From positions 32,001 through 96,000 of the forward strand of contig CAVPOM010000012.1 of NCBI GenBank assembly GCA_963707025.1: 64,000 nucleotides of DNA, read 5' to 3'. Positions 51,139 to 61,352 of this stretch are shown here, one piece after another (position 1 is the first letter of the stretch; each line of letters starts with the position of its first letter). Position numbers and translations under genes: made by a program. The notes beneath the pieces are model-generated. The model searched no databases and had not been told where the DNA came from. It saw only the letters and a program-made list of their open reading frames with translations. This stretch comes from an uncultured Verrucomicrobiae bacterium. Lineage in GTDB: Bacteria; Verrucomicrobiota; Verrucomicrobiia; Limisphaerales; Palsa-1400.

Positions 51139-51999
51139 TTACCATTTCAACTCACGCAGATACTGCACGCTCTGGACAATCCCATGTTCAGGAGTGGCGG
51201 ATTCGTCTTCGATAAAATAGGAGGTGATGCCGATCTTCTGCGCCGTCCGCAGCACGGCTTCAATTTCAATCTGCCCCTGGCCTATGGGAACAAAATCGCC
51301 TTTGGGGGACTTGCTGTTGAAAAGGCCGGTGCGGGCGTCCTTTTTCATGTCTTTCAGATGCATGGAAACCCAGCGGGTATTGTAGCGGTCCAGGAGTTTG
51401 ACCGGGTCCACGCCGGCATGGACGATCCAAAAGACGTCCATTTGAAAGTGGACAAATTTGGGGTTGGTTTTCGCGACCAGCAGGTCAAAAAGTGTGCCCT
51501 CGCCGTAGGGTTTGAATTCGTATCCGTGCGGGTGATAGAAGAATTTAATGCCGTGCGCGGCCAGGATTTCCCCGGCGTGGTTGAAGACCGCGATGGCATC
51601 GCGGCAGCCTTGTTCGTCCAGCGCGTCTCTTTGTGGGATGCTGGGACAGCCGGCGTAAGTCAGCCCCAGGGCGGCGGCCTCAGTGGCGACGGCCTCGGGA
51701 TTGTCACGGAATTTTTCGTAAGTAAAATGCGCGCTCGTCGCGACCAGGCTGTGGGCTTGCAGTTCGGCTTTAAGCGACGCTGGAGAGAGATTGTAGTCGC
51801 CGACCAATTCGACGTATTTGAAACCAAAGTTACGCGCCTTCTCCAGGGTGCCGGACATGTCCTTCTGGATGGTTTTTGCGAGGCTCTCCAATTGGAGACC
51901 GATGTGTTCGCTGAAAGCGTCATCCGCTGCCAGAGACGAATAGACTCCGCCCGAAAATGCCAGGAGGGCGGCCAGAGAGGAAAGGGAAAGCCGGTTCAT
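51139..51999 (-). CDS. Sugar phosphate isomerase/epimerase (TIM barrel), secreted
   Basis: YHPHGYEF, QMDVFW, HLKD, G.GQI, FIEDE. Confidence 0.88.
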   Translation of the reverse strand: MNRLSLSSLAALLAFSGGVYSSLAADDAFSEHIGLQLESLAKTIQKDMSGTLEKARNFGFKYVELVGDYNLSPASLKAELQAHSLVATSAHFTYEKFRDNPEAVATEAAALGLTYAGCPSIPQRDALDEQGCRDAIAVFNHAGEILAAHGIKFFYHPHGYEFKPYGEGTLFDLLVAKTNPKFVHFQMDVFWIVHAGVDPVKLLDRYNTRWVSMHLKDMKKDARTGLFNSKSPKGDFVPIGQGQIEIEAVLRTAQKIGITSYFIEDESATPEHGIVQSVQYLRELKW

Positions 52000-52334
52000 G
52001 GACCGAGATTAGCGGAATGGCGGTTGGGTTTAAAGTGCAATTCTGAGAGCCTCAGGCACCGAAGGCGTGGGACGTTTGGGACGATGGGACGGACACGCAG
52101 TTCACCAAACACCATCTGGCACTGACCTGCAAGCTTGTACCGGTAAAATTGGCGGCGTTACAAATGGCTCCCAGGCAGCGGTTTAGGCAGCCCTTCCTAT
52201 TTTCCCCGCGAGCGCGGCTTGAGCGATGACCAGGCATTGGCGCCAAAAACGACGACCGTGGCGGTCATCGAAAGCCAGAACAATATCAGTGGTATGTCCA
52301 CAAACTCTGTGTTTATATCGCCACAATACCACAA

Positions 52335-52373
52335 TGTCACAAGTTTGCAACACATTTGTCACACAATTGTCAC
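52335..52373 (+). promoter_or_regulatory. 11-bp-phased TGTCAC repeats (Pho-box/OmpR-like operator)
   Basis: TGTCAC at 52335, 52357 and 52368; degenerate TGCAAC at 52346. Confidence 0.45.
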
Positions 52374-52446
52374 ATTGACCGCTCCGCGCCTGTAATTGTC
52401 GTGGCCGGGGACAGTGGCAGTCGTGCCAAATCCACTCAAGCAGTCC

Positions 52447-52790
52447 GCGGGCTGGTTGCTAAAGGCAGCGCCCGGTCCAGACCTGCCCGGCTGGGCAAGA
52501 TCAGGGCGCGTCCCTCCCAGCCAGCAGCCCGGCCGCGTAACCGTTGAAGACCAGTCTTGCATTGCCCGCGCCCGGTGCTATTATAGTACGTAATTCGTTG
52601 CAGTAGTGTCTGAGATTGGAGGTGAGCCAAGCACCGGGTTCGATCCGGCTGCTGCACAAGACGAGGTGGACGATGAGAATGAGCCAGGCATTTTGTGAAG
52701 CAGGCGGTCAGGTTGTCTCCCCGAACCAGAGCAGGCCCGAGCTACAATACTATCTCCCAACCGGCCGAAATTGCCGGCGTAACGCCTTTT
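52447..52790 (+). repeat. Duplicated upstream region, copy 1, with sigma70-like promoter
   Basis: Similar to 55342-55680; TTGCAT (52557)-16 bp-TATTAT (52579) with an extended TG. Confidence 0.75.
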
Positions 52791-52954
52791 TCGGTGTCTT
52801 CCAGCGGCTGGATGGGGCGGATGAATTTGAGGGCAAGGGCGTAGGTCTGGCGATGGTGCAACGCTTTATCCAGCGCCACGGCGAACAGGTCTGGGCGGAG
52901 GGCAAGCCCGCAGTGGGCGCGGCGTTTTATTTCACACTGGAAAGACCGGATTAA
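52786..52954 (+). pseudogene. C-terminal remnant of a sensor histidine kinase
   Basis: [21 protein letters not shown]...FYFTL matches the end of 55798..56919. Confidence 0.85.
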
Positions 52955-52961
52955 TACGAAC

Positions 52962-55280
52962 ATGACAACGGCGCTGAAAGTTTTGGTCGTCGAAGATTCG
53001 CAAGATGACACGGACTTGATCCTCAAGGAATTGCGCCGGGTCGGTTTCGAGCCGACATGGCGACGGGTGGAGGTGGAGGCCGATTTTCTGGCCGAAATAA
53101 AGAAGCGGCCGGACATCATCATTTCGGATAATTCCATGCCGCAGTTCAAAGGGCTGAGGGCGCTGGAACTTTTGCGCGAGCGAGGTTGGAACATCCCCTT
53201 CATTCTGGTTTCAGGAACGATCGGGGAAGAGATGGCCGTGGAAGCCATGAAGTGCGGCGCGACAGACTATCTGATGAAGGGGCAGATTGCGCGCCTGGGA
53301 AGTGTCGTGGAACGGTCGTTGGAAGAAAAGAAGCTTTGGGCGCAGCGCCAGCGTGCGGAAGAGCAAATACGCCGCACACAGCGGGCCTTGCGCCACATGC
53401 TGGCGCACAGCCCGGCCGTGTTCTATACGCTGCGAATTGAAGGCGGAAAAGCATTCCCGGTGCTGGTCAGTGACAATGTGGAGAGGTTGCTGGGTTTTTC
53501 CCCGGCAGAATGCATGAGCGCGGACTGGTGGCTGAGAGGATTACACCCCAAAGACCGGGATCGTGCTCTGGCCAAGCAAGCCCTGGGGATGGCGCATGGC
53601 GGCTATTCCATCGAATATCGCATCCGGCACAAGGACGGCACCTACCGATGGATAGAAGACCGCAACCATGTGTTGCGCGGCGCCTCCGGCGAACCCAGGG
53701 AGATCGTCGGGGTGTGGACCGACATAAGCGAGCGGAAACGGGCGGAGGCGGCGGCGCGGGCCAGCGAGGAAAAATTCCGCCAACTGGCCGAGGGCATCAA
53801 TGAAGTGTTCTGGATTACCGATGCCGCCACGCAGCAAATGCTCTACGTCAGCCCAGCTTACGAAAAGATCTGGGGACGCACCTGCGAGAGCATTTATAAA
53901 TCGCCGCAAAGCTGGCACCAAGCCATTCATCCTGATGACCACCAACGCGTCCTGACGGCCGCGCTGAACAAACAGGAACACGGCGATTACGACGAAACCT
54001 ACCGCATCCTCCGGCCGGATGGCTCGGTGCGCTGGATTCGTGACAAGGGTTTTCCTGTGCGCAATGCGGCCGGGGAAGTTTACAGGATCGTCGGCACGGC
54101 GGAGGACATCACCGAGCACAAGGCCACCGAGGAGCAGCTCAGCCAGGCCCAGAAAATGGAAGGCATTGGCTTGATGGCAGGCGGGGTGGCCCATGATTTC
54201 AACAACATTCTCACCATCATCCAGGTCAATCTGGAACTCATCTTAATGGCCGAGAGCAATCTTCAGGCGGAGGGCAAGGAATGTCTGGCCGCAATCGCCA
54301 AGGCCACCGGCCAGGCCGCCGACTTGAACCGGCAATTGCTCACCTTCAGCCGCCGCGAGGCCATGCAGAAAGAGCCGCTGGATTTGAACGACCTGACCGC
54401 CGACTTCACCAAGATGCTCCGGCGCATCGTCGGCGAGCATATCCAGGTGCAAAACCATTTTGCCCCCGCGATGCCTCTCCTCATAGGGGATCCCGGCATG
54501 ATTGAACAAGTGCTGATGAACCTGGCCGTCAACGCCCGCGACGCCATGCCCAATGGCGGTCAACTCATCATCGGCACGGAGGTGGCCGTAATTGACAAGG
54601 CCCGCGCAAAGTCTGATCCCCGGACTCATGCCGGCCGGTTCGCCTGTTTAAGCGTGCGCGACACCGGCACGGGCATCGCTCCTGAGAACATGTCCCGCAT
54701 TTTTGAGCCGTTTTTTACCACCAAGGGCGTTGGCAAAGGCACCGGCTTGGGGCTGGCGACCGTTTTTAGCATCGCTCAACAACACCACGGCTGGGTTGAC
54801 GTTGCCAGCGAGGTTGGAGCCGGCACGACCTTTCGCGTGTTTCTGCCCCTCAGCTCAAAAAAACTCCCCGCCCCGCAACGGAGCGTCGCCCAGGAAGTCC
54901 GGGGCGGCGCGGAAAGAATCCTTCTCGTCGAAGATGATGAAACCGTGCGCCACGTCGTTCTTCACATTTTGGAAAACTACGGCTACACGGTCATGGAAGC
55001 CGATTCTGGCATTGCCGCGCAAAAGGCCTGGACCGAACAGGACGGGCAATTTGATTTGCTCATCACCAACATGGTCATGCCCGGAGGCTTGACCGGATTG
55101 GAATTGATCGAACTGCTGCGAGGCGCAAAGCCTGGATTAAAGGTCATGCTGGTGAGCGGCTACAGCCCGGAGCCGGGGCGCGGCGGCAATGCCTGCGCCA
55201 AGGACATCACCTTCTTGCGCAAGCCCCTCTCGACCCGCCTTTTAGCCGAAACCGTCCGCCAGTGTCTGGACGCGGATTAG
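52962..55280 (+). CDS. Hybrid histidine kinase REC-PAS-PAS-HisKA-HATPase-REC
   Basis: [36 protein letters not shown]-terminal receiver has LLITNMVMP. Confidence 0.93.
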   Translation: MTTALKVLVVEDSQDDTDLILKELRRVGFEPTWRRVEVEADFLAEIKKRPDIIISDNSMPQFKGLRALELLRERGWNIPFILVSGTIGEEMAVEAMKCGATDYLMKGQIARLGSVVERSLEEKKLWAQRQRAEEQIRRTQRALRHMLAHSPAVFYTLRIEGGKAFPVLVSDNVERLLGFSPAECMSADWWLRGLHPKDRDRALAKQALGMAHGGYSIEYRIRHKDGTYRWIEDRNHVLRGASGEPREIVGVWTDISERKRAEAAARASEEKFRQLAEGINEVFWITDAATQQMLYVSPAYEKIWGRTCESIYKSPQSWHQAIHPDDHQRVLTAALNKQEHGDYDETYRILRPDGSVRWIRDKGFPVRNAAGEVYRIVGTAEDITEHKATEEQLSQAQKMEGIGLMAGGVAHDFNNILTIIQVNLELILMAESNLQAEGKECLAAIAKATGQAADLNRQLLTFSRREAMQKEPLDLNDLTADFTKMLRRIVGEHIQVQNHFAPAMPLLIGDPGMIEQVLMNLAVNARDAMPNGGQLIIGTEVAVIDKARAKSDPRTHAGRFACLSVRDTGTGIAPENMSRIFEPFFTTKGVGKGTGLGLATVFSIAQQHHGWVDVASEVGAGTTFRVFLPLSSKKLPAPQRSVAQEVRGGAERILLVEDDETVRHVVLHILENYGYTVMEADSGIAAQKAWTEQDGQFDLLITNMVMPGGLTGLELIELLRGAKPGLKVMLVSGYSPEPGRGGNACAKDITFLRKPLSTRLLAETVRQCLDAD

Positions 55281-55341
55281 AGCAACTACTTGAGAACTGT
55301 GGCCGCACGGGAGGCCGGCCAAACGGCCTCCTCTCCCCGGC

Positions 55342-55680
55342 ACGGGCTGGTTGCCAAATGCAGCCCCCGGTCCAGCCCTGGCCGGCTGGGCAGATCAGGG
55401 CGCGTCACACCCAGCCAGCAGGCCGGTCGCGTAACCGTTGAAGACCAGTCTTGCATTGCCCGCGCCCGGTGCTACTATAGTACGCAATTCGTTGCAGTAG
55501 TGTCTGAAATTGGAGGGAGGCAAGCACCGGGTTCGATCTCGCTGCAGAATAAGACAAGGACGAGTATGAGAATGAGCAAGGCATTTTGCACGGCAGGCAA
55601 TGAGCCGGTCCAATTGATGGAGAGCACCCCCGAACTCCAAAATCTTGTCCCAACCGGCCCAAAAAGCCGGCGCGACCGCC
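55342..55680 (+). repeat. Duplicated upstream region, copy 2, with promoter
   Basis: TTGCAT (55451)-16 bp-TACTAT (55473). Confidence 0.75.
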
Positions 55681-55797
55681 TGATTTTCCGCAGGCGCCCG
55701 CGAAGAAACAAGGAGCAACCCGCAACCATCCGCGCGGCCGGCGGGTGGGTTCAAACGGGAGGCGGCGAGTGATTGCGGCCATGAAGCCATCCGACTT

Positions 55798-56919
55798 ATG
55801 CAGTCTGACCAGCAACTAAAAGCTTCGCTGCGGGAAATCGAGGATCTGAAGGCGGCGCTGGACGAGCACGCCATCGTGGCCATCACCGACCCGGCGGGGA
55901 AAATCACCTACGTGAACGATAAGTTCTGCGCGATCTCCAAGTACCTCCGCCAGGAGTTGCTCGGCCAGGATCATCGCCTCATTAATTCGGGCCATCATCC
56001 CAAGGAATTCATGCGGGAGATGTGGGCGACCATTGGAAGGGGCAAAGTCTGGAAGGGGGAAATCAAAAACAAGGCCAAGGACGGTTCGTATTACTGGGTG
56101 GACGCCACCATCGTGCCGTTTCTCAACGAAGAGGGCAAGCCGCGTCAATACGTCGCCATCCGCGCCGACATCACCGAACGCAAGGCGGCGGAGGAAAAAA
56201 TCCGCCAACTCAACGCCGAACTGGAACAGCGCGTGGCCGAGCGCACCGTCGAATTGGAAGCCTTTTCCTACTCCGTCTCGCACGACCTGCGCGCGCCGGT
56301 GCGGGCCATCGGCGGTTTCGCCCGCATGGTGGAGGAGGATTTTGCCGCGCAACTGCCGCCGGAAGCCCGCCAGAAGCTCAACCGCATCCAGGAGAATGCG
56401 GTGAAGATGGGGCAATTGATTGACGGACTGCTGGGGTTTTCGCGGTTAAGCGGGCAACCGCTCAGCAAACAAAAGGTCTCGCCCACGGCCATGGTCAAGC
56501 GCGTGCTGGAGGAACTTCAGGCCGAGCAAGCCGGCCGCAGTCTGGACATTTCCGTGGCTGATCTGCCGGAATGCCAGGCCGACCCGGCCTTGTTGCAGCA
56601 GGTCTATACGAATCTGCTTTCCAATGCGCTCAAATACTCGCGGCGGCGCGACCCGGCCGTCATCGAAATCGGCGCCCGGCCGGAAGAGGGCCGGTGCGTT
56701 TATTTCATCAAGGATAACGGCGCCGGTTTTGACATGCAATACGCGCATAAACTCTTCGGTGTTTTCCAGCGGCTGCACCGGGCCGATGAATTCGAAGGCA
56801 CGGGCGTCGGCCTGGCCATTGTGCAACGCATCATTCACCGTCACGGCGGGCGCGTCTGGGCGGAGGGCGAGCCGGACAAGGGCGCCACGTTTTATTTCAC
56901 CCTGGAAGGGGCGGCTTAA
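55798..56919 (+). CDS. PAS-domain sensor histidine kinase
   Basis: PAS YVNDKFC..S.Y...ELLG; FSYSVSHDLRAP; NLLSNALKY; DNGAGFD; GTGVGLA. Confidence 0.93.
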   Translation: MQSDQQLKASLREIEDLKAALDEHAIVAITDPAGKITYVNDKFCAISKYLRQELLGQDHRLINSGHHPKEFMREMWATIGRGKVWKGEIKNKAKDGSYYWVDATIVPFLNEEGKPRQYVAIRADITERKAAEEKIRQLNAELEQRVAERTVELEAFSYSVSHDLRAPVRAIGGFARMVEEDFAAQLPPEARQKLNRIQENAVKMGQLIDGLLGFSRLSGQPLSKQKVSPTAMVKRVLEELQAEQAGRSLDISVADLPECQADPALLQQVYTNLLSNALKYSRRRDPAVIEIGARPEEGRCVYFIKDNGAGFDMQYAHKLFGVFQRLHRADEFEGTGVGLAIVQRIIHRHGGRVWAEGEPDKGATFYFTLEGAA

Positions 56920-56923
56920 TAAT

Positions 56924-57079
56924 ATGACTGAGGAAGCGGCAGAAATCTTGCTGGTCGAGGACAGCGCCGGGGACGCCGGGTTCTTCGTCCACACGTTTAA
57001 CAAGGCGGAACTGGCGGCGCGCCGGCAAATCATGCCCGGCCAGTACGGGCTGCCATTCAACCACCCGCCCAAACCCTGA
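56924..57079 (+). pseudogene. Internally deleted single-domain response regulator
   Basis: EILLVEDS.GD N-terminus joined to a GQYGLPFNHPP C-terminus; only 51 aa. Confidence 0.7.
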
Positions 57080-57088
57080 CCCGGCTGT

Positions 57089-59020
57089 ATGGCTACGCCC
57101 CTCAATCTTTTGGTGGTCGAAGACTCGCCCGACGACACCGATTTGCTCGTCCGCCAATTGCGCCGCGCCGGTTTTGACCCGCACTGGAAACGTGTGGAAC
57201 TGGAAGCAGATTTTCTGGCTGAAATCAGAAAACTGCCGGACATCATTCTCTCCGATTATTCCATGCCGCGATTCAACGGGCTGCGGGCGGCGCAGCTTTT
57301 ACGCCAGAGCGGCTTGAACATCCCGCTGATTCTGGTTTCCGGAACGCTGGGCGAGGAGGCCGCCGTCGAAGCCATGAAAGAGGGCGCGGCGGATTATGTG
57401 CTGAAAGACCGGATGGCGCGCCTGGGCAACGCCGTGCAACGCGTCCTGGAAGAAAAGCAGCTTCGCCAGAAGCGGCGGCAGGCGGAGGAAGCCTTGCGCG
57501 CCAGCGAAGAAAAATTCCGGCAACTGGCTGAGAACATCAACGAAGTTTCCTGGATTACCTCGGCGGATCTGTCCGAGCTGCTCTATCTCAGTCCGTCTTA
57601 CGAAAAGGTTTGGGGGCGCGCCGGCCGGAGTTTGTGCCAAAACTCGGTCGCCTTCCTCCAGGCCGTTCTCCCGGAGGACCGCGGCAGCGTGCTGGCGGCG
57701 CTGGAGGAATTGAAGCGCGGGGAAAAGATTGATTTGGAATTCCGGCTGGTTCGCCCGGATGGACAAATCCGCTGGGTTCATTCCAGCGGAACGGCCATCC
57801 GCAATGAGAGTGGAGTCATTTACCGCCTGGCCGGCATTGCCGAGGACATCACCCAGCGCATGCAAACGGAGCTGCAGTTCCGCCAGGCCCAGAAAATGGA
57901 AGGCATCGGCCAACTGGCGGGCGGCGTGGCTCATGACTTCAACAATATTCTCCTGATCATGCGGGTGAATCTGGAACTGGTCTTAACCACCGATGGCACG
58001 CTCGGCCCGACGACCCGGAACCGCCTCACCGAGATCGCCCAGGCGGCCGAACGGGCCGCCACCTTGAACCGCCAACTGCTCACTTTCAGCCGCAGCGAAG
58101 CCATGCAAATGCGGTTCCTGGATTTGAACGACCTGACCGCCGGCTTTACCAAAATGCTCCGGCGCATCGTCGGCGAGCATATCCGGGTGCAAAACGATTT
58201 TGCGCCGACGCTGCCAGCCATCAAAGCCGATCCTGGCATGATTGAACAAGTGCTGATGAATCTGGCCGTCAACGCCCGCGACGCCATGCCCAACGGCGGT
58301 CAACTCATCATCGGCACCGAGTTGGCCGGGATTGACCCGGCCCGGGCCAAACTGGATCCCCGCACGCGCGCCGGCCATTTCGCCTGTTTAAGCGTGCGCG
58401 ACACCGGCACCGGGATTGCCCCGGAAATCATGCCCCGCATTTTCGAGCCTTTCTTTACCACCAAGGGCGTTGGCCAAGGCACCGGTTTGGGGCTGGCCAC
58501 TGTTTTTGGCATCGCCCAACAACACAACGGATGGGTGGATGTCTCCAGCCAAGTTGGCGTCGGCACGACCTTTCGCGTCTTCTTGCCCCTGAGTTCGGAA
58601 GAAATGGCCGCCTCGGGCCAGACTGTCGCCCAGGATGTCCGCGGCGGCACCGAAAAAGTCCTTCTCGTCGAAGACGATCGGGGCGTGCGCGACGCCGTCC
58701 TTCAGATACTGGAAAACTACGGCTACGCGGTCGTGGAAGCCGATTCTGGAATCGCCGCCCAAAAAGTCTGGGCCGAACAGGGCGGGCAATTTGATTTGCT
58801 CATCACCAACATGGTCATGCCTGGAGGATTGACCGGTTTGCAACTGAGCGAGAGGTTGCGAGTCCAAAAGCCCGGATTGAAGGTCCTGCTGATGACTGGC
58901 TACAGGACGGAACTGGCGCGCGGCGCCACCGCCGGCGCCAATGGCATCACCCTTTTGCACAAGCCATTCTCGACCCGGGTTTTTGCGGAAACCATCCGCA
59001 AGTGTTTGGATGCGGCTTAG
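57089..59020 (+). CDS. Hybrid histidine kinase REC-PAS-HisKA-HATPase-REC, paralog of 52962..55280
   Basis: Same motifs and high similarity; one PAS domain fewer. Confidence 0.93.
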   Translation: MATPLNLLVVEDSPDDTDLLVRQLRRAGFDPHWKRVELEADFLAEIRKLPDIILSDYSMPRFNGLRAAQLLRQSGLNIPLILVSGTLGEEAAVEAMKEGAADYVLKDRMARLGNAVQRVLEEKQLRQKRRQAEEALRASEEKFRQLAENINEVSWITSADLSELLYLSPSYEKVWGRAGRSLCQNSVAFLQAVLPEDRGSVLAALEELKRGEKIDLEFRLVRPDGQIRWVHSSGTAIRNESGVIYRLAGIAEDITQRMQTELQFRQAQKMEGIGQLAGGVAHDFNNILLIMRVNLELVLTTDGTLGPTTRNRLTEIAQAAERAATLNRQLLTFSRSEAMQMRFLDLNDLTAGFTKMLRRIVGEHIRVQNDFAPTLPAIKADPGMIEQVLMNLAVNARDAMPNGGQLIIGTELAGIDPARAKLDPRTRAGHFACLSVRDTGTGIAPEIMPRIFEPFFTTKGVGQGTGLGLATVFGIAQQHNGWVDVSSQVGVGTTFRVFLPLSSEEMAASGQTVAQDVRGGTEKVLLVEDDRGVRDAVLQILENYGYAVVEADSGIAAQKVWAEQGGQFDLLITNMVMPGGLTGLQLSERLRVQKPGLKVLLMTGYRTELARGATAGANGITLLHKPFSTRVFAETIRKCLDAA

Positions 59021-59097
59021 TTGGAAGCGAGGCCGGGGCTGGGGCAAGATGGATTGGCTGCCGGCTGTCCTGGCGGCCACCATTCCAAGGGGCCAAG

Positions 59098-59664
59098 TCA
59101 CGCCGATTCCTTGCCCGCGTATTTCTTCCCGGTCGTGTCCACCCGGACGGTTTCGCCTTTGGCGATGAACAACGGCACCATGATTTGCAGGCCGGTTTCG
59201 AGCCTGGCTTCCTTCCAGGTCGCATCCGAGCCGCCCCGGACGGGGGGGGCGGTGTCCAGGACCTTGAGCGGAATTTGCGGCGGGAGGACGATATCCAGCA
59301 AGCTGCCATCGAGCAGCATGGCTTTGTATTCCTCGTTCTCCTTGAGGAACCAGCGGCGCTCGCCCAGTTGCTCGTCACTGATGTCCAGTTCATCGAAGGT
59401 TTCCGCATCCAAAAAGGTGTGCAACCCGCCTTTGCTGTAGCTGTAGGTGATGCGCCGGGTCTCCAATGGCGCCGCCGGCACGCGCTCGTTGTCGGCAAAA
59501 ACCCGTTCGATAACGTGGCCGGTCTTGAGATGACGCAGGCGGGTGTGCAGCTTGTGGCGGGTTTGCGCGGTGCCGCTGACGTGGAACTCCTCGATGACAT
59601 GCGGGCCACTTTCCAGCATGAGCACCATCATGCGTTTGAACTCGGACGGCAGAACCGTTTGCAT
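59098..59664 (-). CDS. Elongation factor P family protein with a non-canonical loop
   Basis: 188 aa; RLRHLKTG, FLDAETFDE, DTAPPVRGGS, KEARLETGLQIMVPLFIAKGETVRVDT. Confidence 0.9.
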   Translation of the reverse strand: MQTVLPSEFKRMMVLMLESGPHVIEEFHVSGTAQTRHKLHTRLRHLKTGHVIERVFADNERVPAAPLETRRITYSYSKGGLHTFLDAETFDELDISDEQLGERRWFLKENEEYKAMLLDGSLLDIVLPPQIPLKVLDTAPPVRGGSDATWKEARLETGLQIMVPLFIAKGETVRVDTTGKKYAGKESA

Positions 59665-59767
59665 AATGACCTCCAGCCTGAGCCGGGTTGGTCGGGATTC
59701 ACCCGGCGATTGTCTATCGAACGTGTAACGCCATCCCGGCGCCGCGTCAAGTGCCGCGCGGCCGCAA

Positions 59768-59855
59768 CAGTGCCTTAATTTGGTGTAGAGTCGAGGCTGT
59801 GGCTCGGCTTCGGCCCAGAGCGCCGACCCTACAACCATGAAATCAAGGCACTGCC
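59768..59855 (+). mobile_element. ~90-bp MITE-like element, copy 2
   Basis: CAGTGCCTTAATTT...AAATCAAGGCACTG terminal IR; matches 39823-39912 inverted. Confidence 0.7.
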
Positions 59856-60050
59856 GCGGCCGCAACCTGGTTCCAGGCCCTGGCCGCGCCGCCGAGGGCG
59901 CCTGCCGGCGTGACCCGCCCCTGGCCGGACGCTGGCCCGGCATGTAGCGACAACCATGAATTTCCCTGAATAATTTGGAGCCTGAACCGTCCAATCTATG
60001 CCGGATTGGCAGGATAACTCTTGCGAGGTTGGCTTGCGGCGGCAGGCGCG

Positions 60051-60193
60051 CATGAAATTGAGCAAATGGAAAATATGAACAGATGGCCAGACAGAGGAAG
60101 TGCTCCATCGGGACGATCCTGTCCCGGTTGTTCCAGACGCGGCGCGGCATGGCTTGGCTGCTGGCGGGAATGAAACGGGAGAATTCAGAATGA
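60051..60193 (+). pseudogene. ECF sigma factor region-4 remnant
   Basis: HEIEQME / YEQMARQRKCSIGTILSRLFQTRRGMAWLL...*; its stop overlaps the anti-sigma ATG. Confidence 0.65.
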
Positions 60194-60711
60194 AAGACGA
60201 TTTAAAATTGAAATTGCAGGCCTGGCTTGACGCTGAACTGCCCGAGGCCGAGGCGGAGCAAATGCGCCGTCTGGCCGCCGCCGACCCGGAGGCGGCCGGC
60301 CTGCTGACCGAACTGCGGAACGTCAAAGCGGCCTTGCTCAACAACGAGCCAACGGTTGCCGTCCCGGAAACCCGCCCGTTTTATTGGAGCAAGATCGAGC
60401 GCCAGATTCAACACGCCGCGGCCGTCCGGCCTTCCCCCGGCCTTTCCTGGGCGGAACGGTTCCGGCGCTGGCTGGCCCCGCTGGCGGGCGTGGCCGCGCT
60501 GGCCGCCGTGCTCCTGCTGGCGCTGACCCAATCCGCGCCGCAAGTGCTCGACCAGGTTTCCGAAACGGCCGATGGATTCAAAGCGCGCACCTTCCGCGAT
60601 AATGCCGCCGGAATCAACTTTGTCGTTTTCCAGGGAAACGGGCAACTGGCTGCCGCGCTGCCCGCCCGCACCCGCAACGACGGCTCCAGTTTTATGATCG
60701 AGCTGGAATGA
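60190..60711 (+). CDS. Transmembrane anti-sigma factor
   Basis: LKLQAWLDAELP...FYWSKIERQI, then a TM helix. Confidence 0.75.
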   Translation: MKDDLKLKLQAWLDAELPEAEAEQMRRLAAADPEAAGLLTELRNVKAALLNNEPTVAVPETRPFYWSKIERQIQHAAAVRPSPGLSWAERFRRWLAPLAGVAALAAVLLLALTQSAPQVLDQVSETADGFKARTFRDNAAGINFVVFQGNGQLAAALPARTRNDGSSFMIELE

Positions 60712-61169
60712 GTCAGTCCGCCCATCCAACCTCGCGCCGGCGTTTTCCCGCGCGGGTCTTCGTGTCCCTGGCCCTGAATCTGGCCGCCCTGGCCTGCCTG
60801 GCGGGCGACCTGAAGCTGGAGGCCAAATTGATCCGGGGCGCCAATGACGGTCCCACGCCGGTCAATCCTAATTTAGTAGGCCCGGCCCTGGCCGCCACCC
60901 TGCGCCACAACTTCAAGTGGACCAACTATTACCAAATCACCAACCTGACCACGCTGATCCCGCTCAACCAGAGCCGCGAGATGCGGCTGAGCGACCGCTG
61001 CACTCTTAAAATCAAGAACCTCGGCTCCTCCCTGGTCGCGTTGGACTATATTGGCCAGGGCAAACAAGTCAGCAAAGGCACCAACTCCCTGCCCTGCATT
61101 TACAGCGGCACCAACACGGACGACACCGCCTGGTTCATCTATCTTCGCGCGCTGGACGACAAGAAATAG
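60708..61169 (+). CDS. Secreted hypothetical protein coupled to the anti-sigma gene
   Basis: ATGA overlap; signal-like N-terminus. Confidence 0.7.
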   Translation: MSQSAHPTSRRRFPARVFVSLALNLAALACLAGDLKLEAKLIRGANDGPTPVNPNLVGPALAATLRHNFKWTNYYQITNLTTLIPLNQSREMRLSDRCTLKIKNLGSSLVALDYIGQGKQVSKGTNSLPCIYSGTNTDDTAWFIYLRALDDKK

Positions 61170-61352
61170 CGCGCTGGGCCGGCTTCGGCGCGAGGTTGTT
61201 CAAGGCCGGCCGGTACGATCCCGGCCCCGCTGGTCCAATTGGTAAAGAGGTGGTTGCTCCCCGGCCCGCTCATGAAGGCCTGCGCCGCCACGTTGCTGTA
61301 GCGGCCGATCAACCCTTCGCCCGCCTGGCCCGGCGCGTGAGGAAAAGGGAGT

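Noticed and set aside
52630..52650. tRNA-like T-arm (CCGGGTTCGATCCGG)
   Set aside because: No acceptor/D/anticodon arms, and the stem is broken in the second copy
59665..60150. N-terminal extension of EF-P (350-aa ORF)
   Set aside because: It runs through a MITE-like element and the antisense of the sigma remnant; the start at 59664 gives a normal EF-P length
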